DNA from: Candidatus Hadarchaeota archaeon
Lineage (GTDB): Archaea; CAYQAE01; CAYVLA01
Direction: 5' to 3'
DNA: 64,000 nucleotides
Assembly: GCA_964621445.1 (NCBI GenBank)
Contig: CAZUNO010000001.1
Span: forward strand, 104,496-168,495
The notes beneath the pieces are model-generated. The model was not told the DNA's origin. It searched no databases and saw only the letters and a list, made by a program, of their open reading frames with translations. Positions 9,667 through 19,253 of this stretch are shown in pieces (positions within the stretch are counted from its first letter, which is position 1; every line of letters begins with the position of its first letter). The position numbers were made by a program, and so were the translations under genes.

Positions 9667-10479
9667 TTATTCGAATATCTCCTTGCTACGGGAAGTAGTC
9701 AATGGCATCCGTTCTATCTGGCCGGAGAGCACGCTGGTTACTATCTGCATGTCCTCTTGGACCTCCATTGGATTTGAGAAACCAATGGATACGGCATCCT
9801 CGGGTTTAATATTTCCTAGAACAAAGGGTAGACCAACTTCAGGGGTCAGCCGAGCGGCGGCGAGGGGCTTGATTATCATTAGAGGTTTGGGGGTATTATT
9901 GATTACTCGTTGGACCCATTCTACCTCCACATTGGATAGAAAACCGATGGAGTTGAACGGTAGGACATAGGTCTCAACATCCTCGTCCGACTTATCCATG
10001 GTGACAACCGTTTCAGGTCTATGGGTGCTAAGTCCGGGTATCATTCCCCTGTCTCTTATCTTGCCCACCAGCTGATGATAGCCTATCAGCCTATTTTCAG
10101 ATGGTACTAGGTTATTATCGGTGTAATTTTGATGGGGCATACATATCTCAACATCGTGATCCGAGCACCACTTGATGCCCCTTTTCACCTCCGAGATCGA
10201 GGAGCCTCCGGGCGTGCATATCCAATGCATATTATAGCCCTTTTCTCTTAAATTCAAGATTATGGGGTGAAGTCTTTCCTGTATTCCGCTCAAAATGCAA
10301 TTAATCCCCAATCGACAACCCTCCTCCATTACCTCCTCAATACGGCTATCCGTGAAATACCGGCGCATCCACATATCACGTGATCTTGTGAAGTGGGAGT
10401 ATCCAAAGAAGGGGTTCGAGCCACAGATTATTCTTGATATCTTGAGCCCGTCGATCCTCGTGTACTGCATCTCTGACAT
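9667..10479 (-). CDS. Aldo/keto-reductase-like TIM-barrel conserved protein
   Basis: ISRIICGSNPFFGYSH, GLSTH.P, IKPLAAAR. Confidence 0.6.
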   Translation of the reverse strand: MSEMQYTRIDGLKISRIICGSNPFFGYSHFTRSRDMWMRRYFTDSRIEEVMEEGCRLGINCILSGIQERLHPIILNLREKGYNMHWICTPGGSSISEVKRGIKWCSDHDVEICMPHQNYTDNNLVPSENRLIGYHQLVGKIRDRGMIPGLSTHRPETVVTMDKSDEDVETYVLPFNSIGFLSNVEVEWVQRVINNTPKPLMIIKPLAAARLTPEVGLPFVLGNIKPEDAVSIGFSNPMEVQEDMQIVTSVLSGQIERMPLTTSRSKEIFE

Positions 10480-10536
10480 GAATCAATACAAATCTTGATA
10501 TCGCTAAAAAGCTTTTCCGGGGGTATTGGTTTGGAC

Positions 10537-10779
10537 CTAATCTTCATATTCCTTGCTAAAGGCACCGGGACCGTCCTCAAAATCAATATTGCGGAGTACC
10601 TCTCTCTTACCGCAATTCTCACATACCCTCATAATACACCCCTTTCCTATGGAAACGTCTCCCGCTATACCTGTGGGTGGCCTGAGCTCATCGTCAAAAT
10701 ACCGAAGAAGATCGGTTCCCACGTAAACTATCTTCCACTCGTGCTCTCTCTTTTCCCTGGACCAGAAGGGGAACTTCAA
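10537..10779 (-). CDS. Small hypothetical protein, possible Zn-binding
   Basis: HEW...C...CENCG; natural composition; fits between neighbours. Confidence 0.5.
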   Translation of the reverse strand: MKFPFWSREKREHEWKIVYVGTDLLRYFDDELRPPTGIAGDVSIGKGCIMRVCENCGKREVLRNIDFEDGPGAFSKEYED

Positions 10780-10867
10780 TGGGTATCCCAGCCTCTATTT
10801 CCTTGAGAGTAAGATTCACATACCATTATTATGCTCCCAACCGGGGTTATGATTTGAATCTCTTAGG

Positions 10868-12121
10868 GTGGTTGAATCTATGAATGTTATCCCTTCCTCC
10901 GAGCTGCGTGAATTTGCCAGGGAAAATGAGAAGGAAATTCTTAATTTCCTGACCGATTTGATAAAGATACCTAGTACTTTGGGGAACGAGGAGAAAGCGC
11001 AGCGTTATGTAGCGAGGGAAATCCGGGATTTGGGTTACGAGGTGGAATTTATTCCAATTCCCGAGGAGATTAGGAGGGACGAGGAGTATACGGACCATGA
11101 CAGGGATATATCCTATCAGGACCGACACAATTTGATAATTACCCACGGCGGCGGTGATGGTAGAGATGTGATCTTGAATACCCATGTTGATGTTGTACCG
11201 TCCGGTTCTTGGAGTTCAGCATTTACCCCTGAATTCCAAGGCGGAACGGTCATAGGACGGGGGGCCGTGGATTGCAAGGGACAGATCGCCAGCATGTATA
11301 CTTTACTTTTGATGCTGAGGGAGTTCGAAATAGAATTATCAGGAAAGCTATCATGTCAAATAGTAATTGAGGAGGAAATTGGGGGAAATGGCACTCTATC
11401 TCTGATTCGGAGTGGTCAAAAGGCAGATGGAGTAATTGTATTGGAGGGAACGGATTTAACGGTCTGCCCGGCAAACAGGGGCGCTGTGTGGTTCAAGGCC
11501 ACGGTAAAGGGGCATTCAACACACATGGCTCGAAAATTCGAGGGAATTAGTGCAATTGACAAGGCCGTGGATCTGATTGAGATACTCTATGGATATGAGT
11601 CAAAGCTTGCAGAGGAGAGCAAGGACCAACCTCTTTTCTCGGAGTACCAACATCCTGTTCAGGTAAATATCGGTAAGATGGAAGCAGGTGATTGGCCTGC
11701 AACGGTTCCTGAGACCTGTATAATGGAAGGAGGTATAGGCTTTCTTCCTAACAAAAATCTAGGTGAAATAAGAAAAGAGGTCCTGGAGTTACCGAAAAAT
11801 GATCAGTGGCTTGAAGAAAACGCTAAAATAGAATTCAACCGGCTTCATAATGACGCCTACAAAACTGAACCTGATCACCCGCTTGTCAGACAGATGGTCA
11901 GATCGGCCAGAAATGCCAAAATAGATACCAGGGTCAGGGGAATGATCGCCAGTTGTGATGCAAGGTTATTCAATAAGGTGGGTAACATGCCGACAATCGT
12001 CTTTGGTGCTGGGGATATAGATCAGGCCCACTCTCAAGGGGAAAGGGTTGAGGTGCTTGATATTATGAAATGTTCATGTTCCCTATTTGACTTCGTCTGT
12101 AACTGGTGTAAAGCGAGATGA
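10868..12121 (+). CDS. M20 family ArgE/DapE-like deacylase
   Basis: NTHVDVV, GRGAVDCKG, EEE, QAHS..E. Confidence 0.9.
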   Translation: MVESMNVIPSSELREFARENEKEILNFLTDLIKIPSTLGNEEKAQRYVAREIRDLGYEVEFIPIPEEIRRDEEYTDHDRDISYQDRHNLIITHGGGDGRDVILNTHVDVVPSGSWSSAFTPEFQGGTVIGRGAVDCKGQIASMYTLLLMLREFEIELSGKLSCQIVIEEEIGGNGTLSLIRSGQKADGVIVLEGTDLTVCPANRGAVWFKATVKGHSTHMARKFEGISAIDKAVDLIEILYGYESKLAEESKDQPLFSEYQHPVQVNIGKMEAGDWPATVPETCIMEGGIGFLPNKNLGEIRKEVLELPKNDQWLEENAKIEFNRLHNDAYKTEPDHPLVRQMVRSARNAKIDTRVRGMIASCDARLFNKVGNMPTIVFGAGDIDQAHSQGERVEVLDIMKCSCSLFDFVCNWCKAR

Positions 12122-12149
12122 GGCAGTAAATTCCTATCTATTTCGGTCC

Positions 12150-12341
12150 TCATGTTGCCGTGGGGGTGCGATTCTTGCTTGAAGATGGGGAGGCATCCTC
12201 GTTTGGGTTCTCGGCGGCCTTCGAATTCGAGCAATGGTTAGCTCCAAGGTGTACACCCCACCTCAATCCAATGAGAAATCCTATGTAAGCACCCACTCCC
12301 GCAATGAGAATTACCTCGAGGGTTGTGGCATGGAGATTCAA
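12150..12341 (-). CDS. Small single-pass membrane protein
   Basis: N-terminal hydrophobic helix, polar tail, GGAG upstream. Confidence 0.4.
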   Translation of the reverse strand: MNLHATTLEVILIAGVGAYIGFLIGLRWGVHLGANHCSNSKAAENPNEDASPSSSKNRTPTAT

Positions 12342-12510
12342 TCTGAAAAGCTCCTAATGATATTCTCAACTGCTATATCAGTTATTAAATATCGATTAAT
12401 GACAATATGAAATAATTGTGGTAATCGCAGCTTTCCTGGTTTACATGCGGTCCTTTGCCGGAGCACAATCATTAAGTACGATAGTCCGATCCAGATAGTC
12501 TAGTGATTTC

Positions 12511-13542
12511 ATGTATGGAGTAGGTATGCTGGGAGCTGGTTGGGTGGCAACCGAACACATCAACGCTTATCAAAAGAATCCGAAGACTGAAGTGGTTGCC
12601 GTTTGCTCAAGCTCCGAGGAAAGCGCCAGGAGAAAGATAAACGAGATGGAGATTTCGGCCGAAGTCTGCAAGACATATGATGAGATGCTGAAGAGAGAGG
12701 ATGTTGATATAATTTCCATTGGAACCCCGAACCACCTTCATTTCGAAGAGGTGATGAAGGGATCGGAGGCCGGTAAGCACATGTTGATAGAGAAACCGGC
12801 GGCACTGGAGGTTGATCAGCTGGCAAAGATGCGGGATTCCGTTCGTGAATCGGGTGTAAAAACGGTGGTTGGATTCGTATTGAGATGGAATCCGCTCTTT
12901 GAAACTATAAAATCAGTAATCGATGACGGGGCTCTTGGTTCGATCTTTTACGAGGAGACTGATTACCAGCATAATATTGGGGACTGGGCCCGCGGTTGGA
13001 ACTGGTATGGAAAGAAGGATCTGGGAGGAGGAAGCCTTCTGGGAGCAGGTATCCATGCCGTCGATGCTCTGCGTTGGTTTGGGGGTGAGGGACCAGAGGA
13101 AACCGTGGATATCGTCGAGGTACATTCATACTCCGGGGGCTATCGTCACCGGGCAGGCAAGATAGATTTCGATGGTTTTATTGTTTCCACCATGAAGCTG
13201 AGCAATGGCATTTTGGCCAAGGTTTCATCAAACTGGGATTGTGTTATGCCCTATCGGTTCCCGATCGAGATATTTGGAGATAAAGGAACTATAAAGAATA
13301 ATCGTCTTTACTCCGAGAAGTTTCCCGGCCAGACTGATTTCATGACTATCCCTACCATCCTTCCGGATTCTGGAGAGGTGAGTCACCATCCCTTCGTACC
13401 TGAGGTAAATCATCTCGTTGAATGCATAGAGAAGGATAAGGAAAGCCATTGTAATCTCCAAGATTCGATTAACACCCATGAGGCCTGCATAGCTGCCAAT
13501 ATGTCAGCGGAGACGGGAGATACGATAGAGCTACCACTGTAG
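12511..13542 (+). CDS. Gfo/Idh/MocA family oxidoreductase
   Basis: GxGxxA Rossmann start, TPNHLH, EKP, GIHAVD. Confidence 0.92.
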   Translation: MYGVGMLGAGWVATEHINAYQKNPKTEVVAVCSSSEESARRKINEMEISAEVCKTYDEMLKREDVDIISIGTPNHLHFEEVMKGSEAGKHMLIEKPAALEVDQLAKMRDSVRESGVKTVVGFVLRWNPLFETIKSVIDDGALGSIFYEETDYQHNIGDWARGWNWYGKKDLGGGSLLGAGIHAVDALRWFGGEGPEETVDIVEVHSYSGGYRHRAGKIDFDGFIVSTMKLSNGILAKVSSNWDCVMPYRFPIEIFGDKGTIKNNRLYSEKFPGQTDFMTIPTILPDSGEVSHHPFVPEVNHLVECIEKDKESHCNLQDSINTHEACIAANMSAETGDTIELPL

Positions 13543-13611
13543 CGCTCCGGTGCTTCATTCTCGGTGATATGGGAAAGAGATAGGTATCAATTAACAAATT
13601 GAATGGGGAGA

Positions 13612-14529
13612 TCATTTCTTCTTTACTTCGTGCCCTCCGAACTCCCTTCTCAGGGCTGCAAGCATCCTATCTGCGAAATCAGTATCATCTCTGGATTTGA
13701 TTCTCTCAATCAATGACATGGTTATGACTGGTGTGGCAACATCGTTCTTCATCGCCTCGATTACCGTCCATCGCCCCTCACCGGAGTCCTCAACAAACGG
13801 TGCAATACCCCTAAGCTCTGAGTCCCTCTTAAAAATTTTGGAGATAAGATCCAGAAGCGCTGACCTAATCACGCTGCCGTGTGACCATATATCGGCCACC
13901 TCTTGAAGGTCAAGATCGAAAGCTTTCTGGCCCTCCATAACCGCAAATCCCTCGGCATAGGCCTCCATGAGACCGTATTCTATTCCATTATGTATCATCT
14001 TAACGTAATGTCCAGCACCATTTGGCCCAACATGTCCCCAACCCTTTTCTGGGCCGGGCGCTAAGGCTTCAAAAATCGAGGTCAATTCTTTGACATTCTC
14101 AATATCGCCACCAATCATCAGGCTGTAGCCATTATTTCTGCCCCAGATTCCCCCACTGGTTCCAACATCTACCATATTGAATCCGTGATTCTTAAGCAAC
14201 CGCGATCTGCGTATGGTATCCTGGTAGTAGGAGTTCCCACCATCTATTATGGTGTCTCCCTCTTCCATATTGGGAATTAGCTGCCCTATGATTTCATCGA
14301 TGTCCGCACCGGCAGGTATCATTATCCAAATCGTCCGGGGGTTCTCGAGATAGGTAACCAGGTCTTCTAGACAGTTCGCCTGTCTCCCACCGGATTTGGA
14401 GAATTTGCTCCTCTTTTCCGGGTCCTTATCATATCCAACGACGGAAATCCCGGCCTCCATCAGCCTCATAGCGATGCCGGCGCCCATTCGTCCCAAACCA
14501 ATCATTCCAAGATTCATCTCATCACCCAC
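13612..14529 (-). CDS. gnd: Decarboxylating 6-phosphogluconate dehydrogenase (short GntZ/YqeC type)
   Basis: GLGRMG, DGGNS, DVGTSGG, GHYVKMIHNGIEYG, FGGH. Confidence 0.92.
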   Translation of the reverse strand: MGDEMNLGMIGLGRMGAGIAMRLMEAGISVVGYDKDPEKRSKFSKSGGRQANCLEDLVTYLENPRTIWIMIPAGADIDEIIGQLIPNMEEGDTIIDGGNSYYQDTIRRSRLLKNHGFNMVDVGTSGGIWGRNNGYSLMIGGDIENVKELTSIFEALAPGPEKGWGHVGPNGAGHYVKMIHNGIEYGLMEAYAEGFAVMEGQKAFDLDLQEVADIWSHGSVIRSALLDLISKIFKRDSELRGIAPFVEDSGEGRWTVIEAMKNDVATPVITMSLIERIKSRDDTDFADRMLAALRREFGGHEVKKK

Positions 14530-17260
14530 CTCGCAAGATTGAATTAAGGGTCCGAAGTCCAGTTGAGGGGTCAGATCCGAGGTTAATTCTCAAGACATAC
14601 TTGCCGGAGTCCTTCAGAGCTCCATAATCACCGATTGATTGGGATTTAACCACATCGGCGAAGGAGTATTTCTTGTCGGGTATGGGGACCCGCCGAACTG
14701 GATCATCTACAAGTTGCAGGAAAAGACCATTTTTACCCCCTTTGTGTAGCTGGCCAGTTGAATGCAGGAAGCGGGGTCCTTCGCCAAATGTTACAGGTAA
14801 CCCCGAGCGCTTCATTAGTTGGAGACGGGTCGAATCAATAATTCCAAGCATATCTTGATTACAGCTTAAGAAGCCCTGAATCGATATATAGCTTCCTGGT
14901 TTCGCATTGCTTAAGAGGTCTTCAACTCCCTGGCCAACCTCTTTCTCGTGGAATATTCCGAGTTCCTCTAAGTCCTCGGCCGAAGGATTCCTCTCTCTCA
15001 TGACCTTTCTTGCCAGTTCCTTTGATCTCTCAACGTTGGGCTGATTGAATGGATGGATGCCCATTATCGATCCCGCAGATGCAATAGCCATTTCCCATCT
15101 GAAGATCTCAGCGCCTATATCGATTCTATCCCGGAGCTCAATTTTCACTGCCGGATGGTGGAGATCCCTTAGTTTCTGGAATAAAGATTCCTGTTGCTCC
15201 TTTTCCTCTGCTCCAAGTCGGTATAATATGAAGAACCTATCGGGGCCGTAATCCTCAGGTTCAACTTGGGGTTCTCCAACTATTGGGAGTATTCCCTTTC
15301 CATCCTTGCCCGTGCTTTCTGCTATCAATTGCTCAAGCCAAATTGGAAAATTTTCGAGCGATCGGCTGGGGATAAAGGTCAGCTTGTTCTTACCCCTCTT
15401 AGCGGCTTTTCCAAGAGCTGCTCCCAGCCTCAAAGGTTTGCTTTCATCCTCGGATATACAAAATGAGGAGGCCTCTGAGGCTAACCTGCTGCGGTCAACG
15501 AGCTCACAAACATCAATCCCTATTAATGCCGCCGGTACCAGTCCATAGGCAGTGAGAGCAGAATACCTGCCACCGAGATCGGGGGCAGCCAGAAATATCT
15601 CCCTGAATTCCAGTTCCTTTGCCCTCTGCTGGAGTGGGCTCCCAGGGTCAGTTATTGCGATGAATCGGTTGCCGGGATCGGGGATTATTTTGGACATCTG
15701 GTGCCAGAAGTATTGGAGCAGGAGGTTTGGCTCCAGGGTGGTGCCTGACTTGCTTGCCACCGCGAATAGGGTTCTTTCAAGGTCAATTTCCCGGCTGACA
15801 CGCTCTATGGCATTTGGATGTGTGCTGTCAAGAACTATTAGTTCCGGATATCCCGGCGCGTTTCCGAAAGTCTGCTGAAAAACCCGGGGGGCTAGGCTAG
15901 AGCCGCCCATGCCCATTAGGACTATTTTGTCTATTTCATGCTCACTCACCATGCGCGCAAAGGAATGATAGCGTTCCAAGAGGTTTGGGCTTGTTTCAGG
16001 CAGGGTCAGCCAGCCCAGGCGGTCCTCTATCTCCGGAACGGGCTCATCAAACCAAAGAGAAGCGTCCTTCTGCCACAGTCTGCGGTTGAAACTGCTCTTC
16101 CTCCATCTAGATATCTGGTCCCTAATGGATATTGGTTCAGTTTCAAGGATTTGTTTTGGTAATCGGGGCCCTGATATTCCCGAGATTTTTTCCCCGACCA
16201 TCTCATGTATTTTCTGGAACATCTTTCTTAGTGAGCCTATTTCGCATTTCTTGAGTTCCTCAAGAAATTTATCGAGGATTAATCCTTGCTCTTGGGCTCT
16301 GGAGAGGAGGTTTTCCTCTTCCTCGGGATTTTTTCCCAGGGTGTCTCCTACCGTTCCATGATCCATGAATTCAAAAAGGGTCGACGGCACCATTGAACTG
16401 ATGGTTTCCCCCGCAATCAGTTGGTTTACGTAAAAAAGTCCAGGGAGCTCTGGTCTACTGGGTTTCGTGTCCACAAATAGTAATTTCTGGATCCTTGCTC
16501 CCTTTCGTTCTAGTTTTTTCCACCTCTTAGTGCTGAAAATACGTCTAAGGCTTTTAATTGCCAATCTGGAATTCGCGATGCCGACCCTATCCATCAGAGA
16601 GGTGTATTTGTCTTCCTCGGCGTTCCTGAGGCGCGAGCGGATCAATTCGTCTATTTTGCTAACTGAGAATGATGCTACGGAAGCCACCTTGGCGGGGTTC
16701 TCGCATTTTTCCAGACCACGCAGATAGTGACGGGCGGCACGTTCGTAATCATCTGTTGAAAAGAGATGGGTCACATTTACGTTAATTCCCCTTGATATAA
16801 GGGTGTCAATCACGGGGTATCCTTGATCGATGGCTGGAACTTCTATCATTAGGTTCTTCCGGTCAACCTGTTTCCATAGACGCTCGGCCCGTCGTACCAT
16901 ATCTTTGGTTTCCAGGGGGTCTCTTAGAAATAAGCCAACGGATACATAGCCCGCATCACCTCCGGTATTTTCGTACGCGGAGCTAAGTTGATCGGCAGCC
17001 TCCCTGAGGTCCTTTATGACAAGTTTCCAGTAAAGTTCCTCCGGGTCAGTATTTTTCCCCGTCGACAAGATCATGGATATCTGTTCGTCGTATTCATTGC
17101 TGCCCTCCATGGCCTTTTCAATTATCTGTGGATCGAGAACAACCCCGGTTATTCCATCCTTAATAAGCCCTTTAAGCGAGTCATTAGTTACCAGGCTACG
17201 CCTAAGGTAGTTCAACCAAATACCTTGTCCGTGTATGGCTAGTTTCTCCAGGTTATTCAT
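14522..17260 (-). CDS. Transaldolase/phosphoglucose isomerase fusion; Tal domain degenerate
   Basis: PGI motifs intact (GMGGSS, SKSGTT, GGRYS, QLIAESTGK, QPNVE); N-terminal transaldolase-like barrel (GINVNVT, ASVASF). Confidence 0.88.
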   Translation of the reverse strand: MNNLEKLAIHGQGIWLNYLRRSLVTNDSLKGLIKDGITGVVLDPQIIEKAMEGSNEYDEQISMILSTGKNTDPEELYWKLVIKDLREAADQLSSAYENTGGDAGYVSVGLFLRDPLETKDMVRRAERLWKQVDRKNLMIEVPAIDQGYPVIDTLISRGINVNVTHLFSTDDYERAARHYLRGLEKCENPAKVASVASFSVSKIDELIRSRLRNAEEDKYTSLMDRVGIANSRLAIKSLRRIFSTKRWKKLERKGARIQKLLFVDTKPSRPELPGLFYVNQLIAGETISSMVPSTLFEFMDHGTVGDTLGKNPEEEENLLSRAQEQGLILDKFLEELKKCEIGSLRKMFQKIHEMVGEKISGISGPRLPKQILETEPISIRDQISRWRKSSFNRRLWQKDASLWFDEPVPEIEDRLGWLTLPETSPNLLERYHSFARMVSEHEIDKIVLMGMGGSSLAPRVFQQTFGNAPGYPELIVLDSTHPNAIERVSREIDLERTLFAVASKSGTTLEPNLLLQYFWHQMSKIIPDPGNRFIAITDPGSPLQQRAKELEFREIFLAAPDLGGRYSALTAYGLVPAALIGIDVCELVDRSRLASEASSFCISEDESKPLRLGAALGKAAKRGKNKLTFIPSRSLENFPIWLEQLIAESTGKDGKGILPIVGEPQVEPEDYGPDRFFILYRLGAEEKEQQESLFQKLRDLHHPAVKIELRDRIDIGAEIFRWEMAIASAGSIMGIHPFNQPNVERSKELARKVMRERNPSAEDLEELGIFHEKEVGQGVEDLLSNAKPGSYISIQGFLSCNQDMLGIIDSTRLQLMKRSGLPVTFGEGPRFLHSTGQLHKGGKNGLFLQLVDDPVRRVPIPDKKYSFADVVKSQSIGDYGALKDSGKYVLRINLGSDPSTGLRTLNSILRGG

Positions 17261-17476
17261 TTCATCCTCGCCTTGGAACCAGAGTTCTTTGTATACTCTT
17301 CCAATTTACTTTCCAGCCTATCCTTACTTAATATTCATCCCGTTCCCGGGAACAAACTCGTTCTTGATCATTTACCATTATAGCTTTCCTGGGAAAAGAG
17401 AAAATTGAGAAATCTACATTCTAGCATATATACTCTCCAAAAGGATATAATGAGGGCATTTCTTCCTAGAGTGCTA

Positions 17477-18913
17477 ATGGCTAATCGAGTCCTGCTCCTA
17501 TTGGTCGGCTTCCTGATCCTAATGATGGCATGCTCCGGTACCGCTGCCCAGGACTTTGTCTGTGTGAGGTTCAAGGGCACATATAATCTGTATCTATCCC
17601 ATGTCCACGTAGAGGAGATCATTTCCATTAATGCCCATCAAAATTCCACTTGTCTCCTTTCCGAAAGCCTGTCTCCATTAGAGGGTCTGGAGAATGTGAG
17701 CTTTGATCCTTCGAACCGGATAGATTGGGACTATGATGGATCTACCCTGAATTGGACCTTCGAACCGGCCGTATCCGCGGGCCAGAACCTCACATATATC
17801 CGGGAATGGGATATTAACTTGGAGCCCGATGATATAGGCATCAGATACCTACCAATATACTTACGTCAGAGTCAAAATGCTTCCCTATCCTTTCATGAGC
17901 ACGATGTTAATGTGATAGATGCCTCCCTTCCCTTGGATTGCAAATTAAGATATCAGGGGAATGTGAGCGCAGAATCCCATTTTGTTACCTTCTCATCAAG
18001 GTACAAGCTATACGAGTATAGGTGGGGGGCGACATTCAGAAATGAGGGGGAAGCGAAATCCTTATTGAGGGTCAACATGTCGATTCCCGGGGACCTCCCT
18101 TTTCAGGAGGTTCTGGAATCCAGCCCTAATGTCAATACGGTTGGTGATTTAGGCAATTTAAAGTGCATGTATGATATTAACCTGCGGCCATCTCAGGAGG
18201 AGAGCATTACAGGCAGCATGAAACTACTCACCACCACTTGGCGGGGGATGGAAACTGGATTGTCAGGTTTTGATGCCGCTGACGGGGACTTGACCTGCGC
18301 ATATAGTGACTATTGGCCCCGCGATGATCCAAGAATACGCGATTTTGCCCGAAGATCAGCTGGAAATAAGACTGGACTAGAGGTTCTTTTCGCGCTGTCT
18401 AGATCGGTGGCTGAACATCTAGAATATGCGCAGTTAAAGGAAAGGAAAGGGGCTCTATGGGCTCTTGAAAACCGGGTGGGCTCCTGCATGGAACATTCAG
18501 ATCTCTTCGTCGCCTGCGCACGGTCGCTGGGCATCCCTTCACTTTATGTTTCCGGGGTTTGTGGTAGGAATCCGGATGGGGGAAGAGGTCATTCCTGGGT
18601 TATTGCATGGACTCCGGAAAGCGAGTGGGTTGGTATTGATCCCACCTTTGGTCAGGAAGTGGAATTAGATAGCGGGCGGCTGGTCATAAGATTATGCAAT
18701 CCCGAAGATATTGGTGTCAGTTATAGATACAATTCGGGTAATATATCCATGATGGATTGGTATGAGGAATGGAATTACCGTGAGGTATCCGAAATGGAGG
18801 CCATGTCCTTGAGCGACCTCGGTGCAATCTGTTCGGTGCCCTTTCCAGTATTTTCCAGCGCTCCCATAATCGTACTAATCATAATATATACCGGAAAAAG
18901 ACCGCTATCTTAA
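17477..18913 (+). CDS. Exported, C-terminally anchored transglutaminase-like protein
   Basis: Signal peptide; GSCMEHS / HSW / DPT Cys-His-Asp triad; C-terminal hydrophobic segment; start moved from 17405. Confidence 0.8.
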   Translation: MANRVLLLLVGFLILMMACSGTAAQDFVCVRFKGTYNLYLSHVHVEEIISINAHQNSTCLLSESLSPLEGLENVSFDPSNRIDWDYDGSTLNWTFEPAVSAGQNLTYIREWDINLEPDDIGIRYLPIYLRQSQNASLSFHEHDVNVIDASLPLDCKLRYQGNVSAESHFVTFSSRYKLYEYRWGATFRNEGEAKSLLRVNMSIPGDLPFQEVLESSPNVNTVGDLGNLKCMYDINLRPSQEESITGSMKLLTTTWRGMETGLSGFDAADGDLTCAYSDYWPRDDPRIRDFARRSAGNKTGLEVLFALSRSVAEHLEYAQLKERKGALWALENRVGSCMEHSDLFVACARSLGIPSLYVSGVCGRNPDGGRGHSWVIAWTPESEWVGIDPTFGQEVELDSGRLVIRLCNPEDIGVSYRYNSGNISMMDWYEEWNYREVSEMEAMSLSDLGAICSVPFPVFSSAPIIVLIIIYTGKRPLS

Positions 18914-18973
18914 TATAGTATCAGCTATATATGCAATATATTGAAAAAAGAAAGTAAAAACAGAAAATTTTAC

Positions 18974-19117
18974 ATGTCACTCCATGGTGTATATGAAGAG
19001 TTGAGAGATGAATCCTGGTATGCACCAGTTAGGAGTGAGAAGGAAGAGATGGATACCCAAATGGATGTCAGAGCTGCATCAATGGGGGAGAACCAGGAAC
19101 TGGCGATCGAGGGGTAG
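18974..19117 (+). CDS. Possible 47-aa acidic small protein (below ORF-track cutoff)
   Basis: MSLHGVYEELRDESWYAPVRSEKEEMDTQMDVRAASMGENQELAIEG*; follows an AT-rich promoter-like stretch. Confidence 0.35.
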   Translation: MSLHGVYEELRDESWYAPVRSEKEEMDTQMDVRAASMGENQELAIEG

Positions 19118-19253
19118 TTATTCCCAGTCAAATTATCCTGAAAATATTGTCCATCCCTTTAATATAGATAATAAAGGAAACATGCCTAGGTCCACACCCC
19201 ATGTTGGGTGCATTTTTGAGATATTTTGATATTTTGGCAAGTAATATATCGTA

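Noticed and set aside
19008-19229. 73-aa ORF from the track
   Set aside because: Trp/Arg-rich off-frame composition; the overlapping 18974-19117 frame is more plausible
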